NCBI GenBank assembly: GCA_964019335.1
Contig: OZ025661.1
Coordinates: 434,001 to 498,000, forward strand
Direction: 5' to 3'
Length of the DNA: 64,000 bases
DNA from: Diplonema japonicum
Taxonomy: Eukaryota > Protista > Euglenozoa: Diplonemea
Shown here piece after piece: positions 35,250 to 47,058 of the stretch (the first letter of the stretch is position 1; every line of letters starts with the position of its first letter). A program made the translations under genes and the position numbers. The notes beneath the pieces are model-generated. The model saw nothing but the letters and a program-made list of their open reading frames with translations, made no database searches and had not been told where the DNA came from.

Positions 35250-38231
35250 TCAAATTTGAATGATCTCGGCGCCCTGTCCTACAGCGAGAAGGGTGTCCTT
35301 GTTTGTCAGCAACATGGCTGTCGGTCGTTTGACGGTCGCGGTGTATCTGTTAAGAATGGTGAACGAAGATGAGGTGTAATTGGCCTCGATGGTGAAGAGA
35401 GACTGGTCGGCGCAGAGGGCGAAGAGAAGGGCGCATCCCTCGCTTTCCTTGTGAAACACCACAGCACGGAACCCGGCAAACGCAATGGACCCGGTTGTGA
35501 AGGAACGGGAGGGCGGGCTTAGGAACGTAAGGGATTGATCATCGCCACCGGTTGCAATGTGCGATCCACGTACCGCTACGCAATTCACACCTGACTGATG
35601 AGCTTTGATGTAGTGGGGTTCACCCTTCACAAGACGGACAATGTACCCAAACGAACCGCCAGCGCAAACTGTGTCTGTCGCTGCTTCGTACACAGCACAA
35701 AGAATGGAACCAAAATTGGGTTTCAACTTAACGGTGTTCGTCATGATAAGATCGTGGGTGAAGAACATCAGCGTTCCGCCTGTTGTACAGGCAATGATAT
35801 GTGTAGGGGTGTATGAGATGCTCAAAATTCGTTGAAGAGGAATGTCGTCCGTGCCTTTCGGAGCGTGTGTTGCGATACACGCACCCTCAAGCGACCACTT
35901 CACAATCTTCTCGTTTCCCCCCGCCGAGTAAAAGTGTTTTCCGTCGTCGGCCACCGCCGCACAGCGGACGTTGCTCCCGTGCGAAGGTGTGTATCTCTTT
36001 GCGACTGTAAGCCCTGTTTTTGAAAGGAGAACAGGGATCCCTGATTCACCCCCAGAGAGAAACCCCTCCCCAGAAGGGAGCGGTGTCAGGAAATCAGCAT
36101 CGCAGGTTAAGAACGTGTCGGGAAAACAAGCTACCCTTCGATCAGGGCAGCTTAACACTGTGATGTGCTTTCCTTTTGAAACGTATGAAACAGACGAGCC
36201 GTTTGCGGAGAATGCGGCGGTTCTTCTGGAAAGTTTTGGATCGATTGAGTAGTACTGAGGGTCGTGTCTTCCGTGAAGGTCTGTTGCTTCCAAGAAGGAA
36301 GTCGAGTGGAATTTCAGGACAGCGCCAGTATTGGCGACACCGAGAACCTCTTCAGTGCTGTGTTTCGATAGGTTCCTGGGATCAAAAAAAACAGCACGTC
36401 CTGGCTTACCCGTTATGCAGAGTTTTCCATTGTGTGCTGTTATCTCTTCAACTGCATCGGGAAGGATTCTTTCGCATCGTTCGCCGGGAAATGTTTGCAC
36501 GAAGCCCTTTTCAAAACCGATTGCGTAAAAGGACGGGGTGCGGCATATAACTGTCGGGGCCCCATGTCGTTTCAGTGTTTCAAAGTCGATTGAGGCTTGC
36601 TTGCTCGTAGCGATGCCGTATCGCAACGCAGGGTTCTCTGGATTGATAAGAACCGCGTCACCAGCCTCCCTTACTGCTGAGAAACGCTCACCATTATAAT
36701 GGATCTGTACCACCCTGTCGTCGAAGGCTCGCTGGAAAGCTCCGTCGGGGAACGAGCAAACATTCCCATTGTCATAACCGACAATACAGCCCTGCCCATT
36801 GCTCCATAAACATGTAGGGGTACCGGGTTTTGTTAATTCTTCAAAAGTTGTTGTGGATTGGGTAGGGTCTGCTATGCTTGGTCCTGTGAGGAGTACCGCG
36901 CCCCCTGTCTCGCCGACCACGCACAGGCCCCCATTACCACCACCACCATACATCGACGTGATTTGCGAAACCCTGCAAGTAAATACCTTTTCACAGTAAC
37001 CGTCTGGGAAACTTCGGATAAATCCGTTTTTGAACCCAACAACGCACCGTGCTCCATCATTCCATATGCTGGTTGGGATGCCGGCCGTTTTCAGCTCTTC
37101 GGGGCACAATGTGTACTCGGCAGAGTGGGTTACTACATTTCCAAGCGCATCGCACGCAGAGTAAAAACCCCTCTCTGGGTCCTGATACACCGCTGTCACT
37201 TTGGAGGAGAGCTTTTGAGGAAGCGCCCTGTCAGTGAGCTGGACGGTGCCGTCGGCAGCGCCTAAGATGACATAGGTACCGCATTCTGAAGACTCCATCA
37301 CGGTGGGGCAGATCGGGGCTTTGAAACTGGTTGCAACAGACGGTCCGTTGGTTTTGATCAAAGTGCCCGTACCAGACGCAACATGGCATCCTGAACGAAA
37401 GGGGCGTACAGCTCGAATCTTGTCGCCCAAGACGCCTGTTTTATTGAGAGATGTTGTTTCTGTTGAATCGTCGGCAGGTGTCTCCTGCAGGACACCCCTT
37501 CGGTCTCCGAATAGAACGGTTTTGCAGGCGGCGGTGATAACGACGCTGTGGATCTGGCAACAGTTTTTGACTTTTTTGAGGAGGGTTGGTTTGGTGCCGT
37601 CTAGACGGTACACAGCCAAGACACCGTCCTCCCCGCCGGACGCGGCTATGGGGTACCGGATAGCTACGCACCAGATTCTTGCTTCGTGAACTGTGAAACA
37701 TGTTTCTTGCGACATTTCGAGCTTCTCTGTGTTCCAGATTCGAACAGTTCTGTCGTCACAGCCGGAGATTAGCAGGTTTGATTTTCGGTCGAACGCCAGA
37801 CAGCGTATGTGCCCCGTGTGAGAGTGCTGGGCTTGCCGTGTTCCTTGTGGCAGGCTATGGATTGTGCCCCCCATGCCACCGACGAAGATTCGGTTTTCGT
37901 CTACAAGCAGCGCTGTCATTGCCAGGCATGTTGTGCCGTTTCGTGGGTAGGTTCTTCCCTCGCATGAGATACCGGCGATCAGCTCGGGGTGCCGTGTAAT
38001 GGTTCCCCTGGGGAGTACCCTTGTTTGCTGTTCGCCGCGGACGGCAAAGGAGTCGCCCTCTCCTGCGTACGTGATCTCCTTGACCTCTTCTTCTAGGGCG
38101 TCTGGGTACTCTTCATGCATTGTTCCGTCCTCTGCCAGCACCACCACGTCCCGACCCCTTCCCACAAGTACTGAGTTTTCTTTATAGACACACAAGGCGT
38201 GGCAAGGGCCAATATATGCAATGGATTTCAT
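35250..38231 (-). CDS. WD40-repeat protein, WDR6/Trm734-like
   Basis: Motifs SGCDDRTVRIW, HEARIW, ASGGEDG and AHQSGVN..ATGGDDQSL, a pattern typical of WDR6. Confidence 0.7.
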   Translation of the reverse strand: MKSIAYIGPCHALCVYKENSVLVGRGRDVVVLAEDGTMHEEYPDALEEEVKEITYAGEGDSFAVRGEQQTRVLPRGTITRHPELIAGISCEGRTYPRNGTTCLAMTALLVDENRIFVGGMGGTIHSLPQGTRQAQHSHTGHIRCLAFDRKSNLLISGCDDRTVRIWNTEKLEMSQETCFTVHEARIWCVAIRYPIAASGGEDGVLAVYRLDGTKPTLLKKVKNCCQIHSVVITAACKTVLFGDRRGVLQETPADDSTETTSLNKTGVLGDKIRAVRPFRSGCHVASGTGTLIKTNGPSVATSFKAPICPTVMESSECGTYVILGAADGTVQLTDRALPQKLSSKVTAVYQDPERGFYSACDALGNVVTHSAEYTLCPEELKTAGIPTSIWNDGARCVVGFKNGFIRSFPDGYCEKVFTCRVSQITSMYGGGGNGGLCVVGETGGAVLLTGPSIADPTQSTTTFEELTKPGTPTCLWSNGQGCIVGYDNGNVCSFPDGAFQRAFDDRVVQIHYNGERFSAVREAGDAVLINPENPALRYGIATSKQASIDFETLKRHGAPTVICRTPSFYAIGFEKGFVQTFPGERCERILPDAVEEITAHNGKLCITGKPGRAVFFDPRNLSKHSTEEVLGVANTGAVLKFHSTSFLEATDLHGRHDPQYYSIDPKLSRRTAAFSANGSSVSYVSKGKHITVLSCPDRRVACFPDTFLTCDADFLTPLPSGEGFLSGGESGIPVLLSKTGLTVAKRYTPSHGSNVRCAAVADDGKHFYSAGGNEKIVKWSLEGACIATHAPKGTDDIPLQRILSISYTPTHIIACTTGGTLMFFTHDLIMTNTVKLKPNFGSILCAVYEAATDTVCAGGSFGYIVRLVKGEPHYIKAHQSGVNCVAVRGSHIATGGDDQSLTFLSPPSRSFTTGSIAFAGFRAVVFHKESEGCALLFALCADQSLFTIEANYTSSSFTILNRYTATVKRPTAMLLTNKDTLLAVGQGAEIIQI

Positions 38232-38299
38232 TTTCTTCTTTTTTTTTTCTTTTCCCTTGTCTGGCCTTGTATTTATCGTGATTCTCGGTTTCTTGTCAG

Positions 38300-38333
<34 letters not shown>

Positions 38334-38378
38334 AGCGCATGCAGTAGTCTTATCCCAGGATATGTATCATATGCTAAA

Positions 38379-38417
<39 letters not shown>

Positions 38418-38806
38418 GGCTATTGAATTCGAATGAATGAATATAAAAAAAAGAATAAAGGGAAAAGGAGGAGAAGGGTAAGACAAAATGAAGTAAAAAA
38501 AAAAAAGAAAAAGAAAGGGGTGAGCTCGTGGGGGTGCAATCGGGCATTCCGTGTGCGGGTGGGAAGGAGTAGAAGGCAGGATATAAAAGGAAGAAAATAA
38601 AAAAAATAAGATAGGAGGCAGAAGGGGGGGGTTATAAAAAAATAGCAACTTAAAGGAACAAGTAACATATCAAGAAAAATAAATGGGGGGGGGCGGTGGT
38701 GGAATGAAAGGACCCTGTTTTTTTTTCCCCCCTCTTTTTTTTTTGAAGGCAATTTTTTTTTAATTGGGAAGTTCCTTTAATGGACGGTACTCCCAGGAAA
38801 AAAAAA

Positions 38807-38848
38807 GATGTCTTTGAAGGGAACCTGCAGTATGTGACAGGATCGCCT
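38807..38848. repeat. Hairpin element, subtype B, inside an A-run
   Basis: gatgtctttgaagggaacctgcagtatgtgacaggatcgcct. Confidence 0.8.
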
Positions 38849-41551
38849 AAAAAAGAGGAAAAAAAAAATAATTTAACAGCGCAAGATGAATCAGGGGAGG
38901 GGTTTTCCCGTTTCTTTGAATAGTTCTTGGGCGTTAATCTGCTCCCCCCCCATAAATGGGGGGGGGGGGGGGGGGGGCAACCAATCTGAGAAGGGGAAAA
39001 AGAAAGGGGCGCGAGGAGGGAGGGGAATACCCAACCAGAAATACAGTTTTTCAAAGCAAAAATGTTTCTGGGGTCTTCTTTTTTTTTTTTTTTCCCCTCT
39101 GATGGGTGTCTTTTCTTGAATCCCACGCGAGGGGGGGGGCGGCGGAAATCGCTTTATACAATGCAATTCTGCTTTCCTGTTGCAGGATTGCATTGCATAT
39201 AACCGGCATATGCTCAGTTTCCCAGTACACTAACTGCATGCTGCATGATCGTCACGGTCATGTGAATCTTTTTACCTTTGAGATCACCGGCCGGGGGGGG
39301 GGGGGGGAAGGAAAGGGGAGGAAGCCGAAAAAAAGAAGAAAGAAAAAAAAAAACACATTTTCAGCAAGTAACAATGCATCTGCTTTGATATATGGTCTTT
39401 ACAGTGAGCCCCCTCAGCACATTGAAATTTCATCGAGTTTCTCTTGACTTTAAAGTTAAATTCGAACAATGGTGGAGGCGCGAGTTGTTTCTGACAAAAT
39501 AAAAACAAAAATAAAAACATTTAAAAAAAAACAGAGAAAAAAAAAAAAAAAAAAGAGGCTGACCACATTTGGTTTCAAAATTTCTTTCAACTTCCCCCCT
39601 CCCCCCCTCGTGTTATTTTTTTTTTCCATTTTTTTCTTTCCTTAGTACGCCGAGTTAGCATTTGGCGTCAGGAGGATTTATGTTTCTTTCTTTTTTTTTT
39701 GACTTTCTCAAAGAAGAAGAAAAAAATAACAACAAAGGGTGGCGGCGTGCAATGATAAAAAAAAAGGGGGGGACGTGGACAGGGCGGGTTTTTTTTTTCT
39801 TTTTTTCGGAATGTTTCTTTTTTTTTTTTTCTTTTTTTAATTCTACCAACCAAGATGGAGGAGAGGAGGGAGGTTGCCGGTAGGAGTACCCTCAGGCGAG
39901 CACAAGCTGTTCCTGCAAAAAAAAGGTGCAGCCGAGGTACCACCTTTGCGCGACAATGAAAAAAGAAGAGGGGGGGGGGGGGGGGGGGAGAAACCCGTCA
40001 TCTCATAGTCAATATGAGAATTTATGTTTGTGATATATTTAACACTTAGAACTTCCAGTCCAGACTGTTTCTCCACCCCATTCCGCCTTACAACAAATAG
40101 GGGGGGGGGGGGGTATGCGCGGGACAAGTATGATTGCAGTGTTTTTTTTTCTTTTTCTTCTTTCTTTATTTTCTTTTCTTTTTTTTTTTTATCTTTCCCC
40201 AGTACCCCTTTTCTTTTTCTTCAGCTGACACTCAACTTTTGCTTACAAATTAAAAGTTGACTACAGGCAATTTCTTTTTCTTTTTTTTTAATAAAAATAA
40301 ATAAAAATCTCCCCCCCACCCTCTCGTTTTCATTAGGTTTTTAAAGAAAAGAAAAAAAACCCCCGTTCCTTGATTAGGAGGGGGTGCTAGTATTTGGAAA
40401 ATAGATTTTTTTTTGACCTTTTGAACTGAGGTACGGGAGGGAGGGGTATTCAGACTAAAAAAAACAAGGGGGGGGGTGAAAAAATATAACCCCTAAACGC
40501 CTGAGAGGACGTTGTCATTAATTCAAAATTTGCTTTTTTCGCTAAGTACTTTTTTTTTGAACACGGCCCCTGGACTTCAAAATATGGCATTGTTGCGCGG
40601 TTTATTTTGTCTTGGAGCTATATTTTGCGTTAAAAGTTTTGTTTTAACCCATGAAGGACCGTTGTTTTTGGTCTAAAAAGCCGATTTTGAACTTCTTGTT
40701 CTCATATAAAAAACAAAATGGCAAGGATGGAGTTATAGGATGCCTAGCCATATTATTTTCACTACCCCAGTTCTGGAGCGCGAAGCAACAATGAAAGATA
40801 AAGGAAAATTGGCATAGAACAAAATGGAACAGACAGAAGAGAAAAAAAAAAGAAAGAAAAAAAGAAATGGGATTGAGTTAGCTGAACACTACTCTTAAAC
40901 CCCTTTTTATTCTCTTTTTTTTTTTTTTTTTTTCCCCTTACTCTTCCCTTCCCTTTGGGCTATGATGGTGAAAAGATGGCAATATCCTCAATCATCATAA
41001 CTTAAAGGGCTTTTTTTTTTTTTTTTTTTTCTTTCTTTCTTTCTTCGCTTTATTCTTTTTTTTTATTTCCGCCTTGTTGCCCCTTTTATTTCGTTTTCTT
41101 TCTTCACTCAAAAGGGGGGGGTGAAAAAAATATCAAAATTTTGGCAAAGCTATTCAGTGTAGTCTATGGATAAGAAAAAAAGAGGGGAAAAAAAAAAAAA
41201 AAAAAAAAAAAAAAGACCTGTGCCCTAAAATGAACCCAAGAGGCTCTCTACAGGAAATCATAATTAGGACACGGGCGCAATTTAAATAAAAAAAAGAAGA
41301 AAAATGGCGACAAAACTACCAGGTGAATTTCCCAACGTGGAAAAAAACCCCCCCTTTTTTCTCTATGGTTTACATTTTAGGAAGAAAAAAAAGGCGAGCC
41401 TTACTTGTGGGGAGGTCATATACAAGAAACAGTAGAGAAGAAGGGAAAAAAAAAAAAAAAAAAAGAGTTTCGTTTTGCAGGGAGAAAAAAAAAAGAGAAA
41501 AAAAAAATACTGTAAAGGAAAACCACCAGAGGGGGGAAAATGTCCGGAAGG

Positions 41552-41582
<31 letters not shown>

Positions 41583-42392
41583 CCACTGGAGGTTTAAGTC
41601 CAGATACTGTCCCCCCTTCTTTTTTTTTCCCCCCCCTTCTGGTGATATTTTCCTTCCAGTAAAAAGTGTGGATATTTCTCTTTTCTCTCTGCCGGCTTCA
41701 TATTTTGGCTTTTTTTTTTAAAGTCCCCCCCCCAGGGCGCAAGAAAAAACTTTTTCTTATTTCCCTTCCTTCTCGTTCCTAACAAATGCAAGTGTAGTAG
41801 GCTATGCACAAAGAAAGACAAAAAAAAAAGAAAAAAGCAAGGCATGTAACACGAGAAAGTCTTAATCTCCCTCTCTTCATTTTCCTTTTTTTTCCCCTCT
41901 CTCTCTTCTCTTTCTTAACTTCTTGCAGCTTTCTTCCTTCATACTTAAATCTCCCCCCCCCCCCAATATCTAAAAAAGGGGATTATCTAATGCCCCCCCC
42001 CCCCCATTTGTTTCTTCCTTTTTTTCTTCTTTCTTTCTTTTTGCATCTCTCAAATTCCTTGCAAATAGGATAGGGGGAGGGGGGGGAGTCTGTGTTGTTG
42101 CTGTTAATTTCCCATTGGAAAAAAAAGAGGGAGTTATATACTACACTGCCGGAGGGGGGGTACAAAAAAAGAAACAAAAAAAAAAAAGCACCTTTACTCC
42201 ACGGCATCAACGGCAGGGGAAAAAAAAAAGAAAAAAAAACCAGCAAACGGAGAGAAGGGGGAGTATTTTGGAAAGGGGAGAAGGAGAAGTGAATAAAGAC
42301 CAGGCCTTTCCTGATAGCAAGAGGGGGGGTTTTTTTTTAAAAATTTATTTTTTCTCTCCCTTGCGGAAGGCCGGTTTTTTTTACAACCCCTC

Positions 42393-42457
<65 letters not shown>

Positions 42458-42490
42458 CCTAGAAAGGACGAGTCCCAACACCCTTCTCCC

Positions 42491-43951
42491 TCAAGACCGT
42501 TCACCCAGTGTACCGGTTCCAGTGCAACTCCCAGAGTCTGCGCAAGGGTTTCTGGATGCATTCCAATGGCAATAGTGATCGAGCTCACAAGAGGAGTGCA
42601 GAGAAGACTCTTCAACAGTTGTCGCGAGAGAAGTACCGAGGGAAGGGTCCTCGGTGATGGTGGTAATGTTAGTATGCTGCACGTAGTTGTGAGTCGACAG
42701 CGAAGGAATGAAGAATGGATCTGTGAGGAGTTCTTCGGCGTCCGGGCGTTCATCCGGGTCACGTTCAAAACACCTCAAAACCATGTCCTCTAAGAGCAAA
42801 GGGATATCACGCGGCAACCCTGCCGGTGGTCCCTCCGAACAGCCTATCATGAAGATCAACGCAAAAGGCGTTACCCCAGATGCGTCCCAAGGATGGTGCC
42901 CTAACATTTCTATAACAGTGCAGCCAACTGACCAAATGTCACTTTTTGGATTTTCTGCCATCTCTGGGCAGTGAACTACCTCTGGTGCTAGATATGCGGG
43001 TGTCCCGATCAGAGTGTTGTAGCCGCCACCTTCTTCTTGTTTTGCGAGTTCCGTCTCAAGCGTGCGATCAGTTGCAATGTCGATGATTTTCAAAACTCCT
43101 TTCAACCCGATTAGGATGTTTGTTCCTTTTATGTCGCCGTGTGTGAAGCCGCAGGAGTGGAGGTGCGCCAGGCCTTTTAAAATTTGTTTTGTGTAATTTC
43201 GTATGTGGGGCAACGAGAGCGGGCCGTTACGTGAGATGAGATTGGCGATGGACCCCCCTGGACAGTGCTCCATGAAGATGTTTATGATGCCTTCCTCGTG
43301 GGTGCACCCGTAGAATGTAACCAGATTGCTGTGTTGCAGCTGTTGGAGGATTTTCACCTCCTCGCGGTACTGTGGGTAGATGTTGTTGGACATTGCAACC
43401 TCGATCACCTTGACTGCTATCAAAACTCCTGATGTGTCAACCCCTTCATAAACACTGCCATGTCGTCCCACTCCAAGAAGCTTAACTTTTTTCCAAGATG
43501 GTACATCTGAGTCGCAAGGTCCTCCATCACTTCGCCAGGTGGCCAAATCTGTCATACAAGTGAGAGCATCCGGAGCTGGGTAATAAGTGTCACGGTTTGT
43601 CCATTGTGCTGATGAAGGTGGTGGAGGTGATATGTGGCCTGTCAGAATGGCGATGGTGTCGTTGCTTGTTGCTGTGACACCGGTTTTCCCTGTTTTTTCT
43701 AGGGAATTGTTGTCGCCGAGAGTTTGTGTTTTTTCGAGATCGACGTGCCGCTGAGGGGGGGAGAGGAGTACTGTTTTCCCGGTTCCCGTGCTGTTAAGCT
43801 TGTCCCTTGCCAGCGCTGGTAGCTTAGACCCGTCCTTCTTCTGTTCATCCTCCACACACACCAATACGTCGTTGAACTCGTTTACGGTTTTTGGGGCTTT
43901 TATCGGGGCGGTGCTCCCTTGTGGGGGTGCCTTCCCACTGCAACATCCCAT
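42491..43951 (-). CDS. STE11/MAP3K-family protein kinase with N-terminal acylation motif
   Basis: Starts MGCC; motifs LLGVGRHGSVY, IAVK, IFMEHCPGGSI, HGDIKGTNIL, GTPAYLAPE, SDIWSVGC. DFG is replaced by DIA. Confidence 0.9.
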   Translation of the reverse strand: MGCCSGKAPPQGSTAPIKAPKTVNEFNDVLVCVEDEQKKDGSKLPALARDKLNSTGTGKTVLLSPPQRHVDLEKTQTLGDNNSLEKTGKTGVTATSNDTIAILTGHISPPPPSSAQWTNRDTYYPAPDALTCMTDLATWRSDGGPCDSDVPSWKKVKLLGVGRHGSVYEGVDTSGVLIAVKVIEVAMSNNIYPQYREEVKILQQLQHSNLVTFYGCTHEEGIINIFMEHCPGGSIANLISRNGPLSLPHIRNYTKQILKGLAHLHSCGFTHGDIKGTNILIGLKGVLKIIDIATDRTLETELAKQEEGGGYNTLIGTPAYLAPEVVHCPEMAENPKSDIWSVGCTVIEMLGHHPWDASGVTPFALIFMIGCSEGPPAGLPRDIPLLLEDMVLRCFERDPDERPDAEELLTDPFFIPSLSTHNYVQHTNITTITEDPSLGTSLATTVEESSLHSSCELDHYCHWNASRNPCADSGSCTGTGTLGERS

Positions 43952-45799
43952 CCCTCCTCCCCCTTCCCCCCTTTTTTTGTATGTACTTATTTTGAGAAAT
44001 TTGAAAAAAAGAAGAAAAAAAAAGAAAAAAAGAAAAAAAACGAGGGTGGTAAAACATTATTAGAAGAAAGAAAAAAGAAAAGAAAAGAAAAGGTTCCCCC
44101 CCCCCCCCCTCCCTCTATTATCCACTCCTCACTCTTTTTTTTATTTTTTTTAGAAATAGATGAAAAAAAAAACAAAAAACAAAAAAAAAGAGAAACACTC
44201 CCTCTGATGGGGGCGTTTGATTGAGGGCGGGAGGAAAGCAGATAGAGGGGGGGGGGGGGGTCTTAACGGAGGGCGAAAAGAAAGTGATGGGAAGGATAAA
44301 AAGGATGGGGGGGGGGGGTGCAAATGAAGCACAAGGGCACACACCTCAACAGCCACCACAACGCACGAAGGTGGGATGAAGAAGAGAAAAAAAAAAGGTG
44401 ACGAGGAGAAAGAGGACAACAAGGAGGTGTGATGTGTTAGGAGACAGATATCTCTTTAAAAAATTAGTTTAAGGGTGGGGGAGGGGGGATAAAATAAGTT
44501 ACTTCAGCTTTTACATTCCTTTGATGCATACTGTAAATCCCTTAACTTTCTTCTTTCTAGATTCCAGCATCCACCCCTTAAATAGCATATCCTTCTTTTC
44601 CTTTCCCAGGAAAATCAACTACAAGGCTATAAAATTCGCTTTTAGGACAAAAGAGTCCTTGCGAAAATATTTTGAGAGTGAAAATTAAGAGATTTATAGT
44701 AATCTTGTTTTTTTTTCTCTTCCCCCCCCCTCTTTTTTCTTGTTCTCATCTTGAAATGTAAGCTAAAGCAGGAGACAGAAGGAGTGAACGGAGCACAACT
44801 AAAAAAAAGAAAAGATATTTTTCTCTCGGCTCGTTGGAAGAAAAAAAAAACCTCCAACCTAATGGAGAACTTTCTCCTCCTCTTTTTTTTTTGTTTTTTT
44901 TTTTTGTTTTTTTTTTTGTGTTCTCTATTTCTTTCTCTTAGACATTTTGCACCAAATCCACCATTCCTCCGTTAGTCCAGAATTTCTTTATAAAGGAAGA
45001 AGAAGAAAAAAAGAACGGAAGAAAAAAAAATGAATTCTGGGACCGGAAAGAAATACCTTTTTAGGGTGATCAGCCTGATTTTTCATTCTTCTTTTTTTTT
45101 TTTTGTTTTCTTTTCGTTTCTCCCTTTTGAGATTTCGCTTCTTGTGTCTCCCCTCCTGTAAGAAGGTTGGCGACTTTTTGTTTTAATATATAAATATATA
45201 TATTTCTTTTAGCGAAACTATATGTTGTGTCTATACTTTCGCCAAGGGGCAGGTAAGAGGGGAGAGAAAAAGGAAACTCAGTGCCTCCAGCTGAAACTCT
45301 GTGCAGTTGCAGCCGAGCCCATCCCTTGTCGCCCCCTCAGTTGTGCAGGGCTGTACCGCACTTGCGTAAGGATCCACCTCAGGAACTAATTAATTACTTC
45401 TCTTAGCTTTCAAAAAAGGGGTTCTAGGCATTTCTCAGTTAGCGGGAAACAGAATATAAAATATCACTGTTTTTTTTTTTTTTTGTTTTTTTTTCCCGCC
45501 TCTTTGCAGATGTGCACGTCTCGCTCCTTCTGACTAAACAGAACTGAGGAACGCAAAGTAACTGTTTTTGCCTCGAAAAAGAAAAATAGAACCAATGAGG
45601 TGCTAAGGAAGTGGGGTGGGGTGGGCGAGAAAGAAGGTATAGTATTGTGTTTTTTCTTTTTTTTTTTTTTTTTGCTATTGCTTGTGAAATTCCTGCGAGG
45701 GGGGGGGGGGGGGGGGGGGGGAAGGATGGGGGAAAAAAAAAGGAAAAAAAAAAAAAAAAAAAAAAAAGAAAAAAAAAAGAAAAAAAAAAAAAAAAAAAA

Positions 45800-45839
45800 G
45801 AGACATTTAAGGGTACCTGCGGTATGTGGCAGGACGCCT
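45800..45839. repeat. Hairpin element, subtype A, inside an A-run
   Basis: gagacatttaagggtacctgcggtatgtggcaggacgcct. Confidence 0.85.
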
Positions 45840-46300
45840 AAAATAAAAAAAAATGCTATTTACTCACAACGAAAAAAAAGATCATGTGTTGTGAGCAAGG
45901 TGATTTTATTTTACTCTCTTTTGTTCGACCTCTCAATTTTACTTCATTCAGGTGCCCTAATATGACCCAATCACCGACAACAAAAATTTGGAGCGTTGGG
46001 AATGACACAACAGATTGAGAGGAGTAAAATAAAAAAAAGAATTGTGGTAAGTAGTACTTACTTCTTTGTTTTTGTCCGGAGGACTTAACCTCATACCATG
46101 TTTGGAACACTGGTTTACCACATTCTTTTCTCGTTTGAAAAAAAAAAGAAAATTTTTATTGGATTCTGGCAATGCACGTAAGTTACTTCAGCCCGTCGTG
46201 AGGGAGAGGGGGGGGGGGGGGGGGGTGTTGTCATCAACACCCTTTAGTAAATACTCTATTGCTATTTTTTCTCTCTCTTTTTTTCTTTTTCTTTTTTTTA

Positions 46301-47058
46301 TACCGGATTTGTATTTATATTGTTCAGTTTTAATAATGGTCTGGGAATTTAGTGTACTGTATAAATTATGTACCTTTTTCGGATTTTGGACCCAACTTGG
46401 GACTTTTTACAGAACAATACAAATAAACTATTTTTATTATTTTTGGCCTGCCGATGCAGATGCAGGAGTTGACCCTGATGGAGATTGATCCATTGGAGCC
46501 ATTGGGACTGTCGGTCGACCCGGAACCAGCACCCGAAGACACGGATGTTCAGCAGGCTGGCCATTTCTGATGCGCCTTCTTCTGACGAAGAAGCAGAAGA
46601 AGAAGAAGAAATGCCTGACCAAGAAGCCCAGCCCTAAGACCAAGCCAGGTGACCCCAAGCCAGCGAACAACGTGACGAGGGTGCCCTGCCCCAACTGCAG
46701 CGCAACCCTCAAGCAGGTTAGAAAGGAGAGACCAGGGTGGGAGTGCACGGAATGCTCTGGTGAGCATGACATGAGCACCCGCGGGAGGGTCTGCCGGTCC
46801 TGCGACTATGTGGTGTGCTACGTGTAGGACTGGGCAATAGTGAACTAGAATTGCGGTAATACCACCCCCCCCCCCCCCCCTCCCGGTTTTGTTTTGTCTT
46901 GGGATTATATATTTTTAGGGATATTTTCCGGTATTTTTTTTTATTTTTGTAAATTTTATGTTCTGTTTTAATGGTGTTCTGTAGATATTATGTACCTTTT
47001 TCGAATTTTTTGCCCAATTTGGGACTTTTCACATAACAATATAAGTACAAATCTGGTA
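46301..47058 (+). mobile_element. Composite non-autonomous Tc1/mariner(pogo)-like element with a zinc-finger coding fragment
   Basis: TA|ccggatttgtatttatattgtt ... aacaatataagtacaaatctgg|TA (20/22 inverted repeat). The two ~130-bp AT-rich ends are also direct repeats of each other. Confidence 0.65.
46454..46827 (+). pseudogene. Frameshifted fragment encoding an acidic segment, a basic stretch and a Cys-rich zinc finger
   Basis: MQMQELTLMEIDP..AGHF* is followed in another frame by ..KKKKK..CPNC..CTEC..CRSCDYVVC. The GC-rich coding-like composition is on the strand opposite all genes. Confidence 0.5.
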
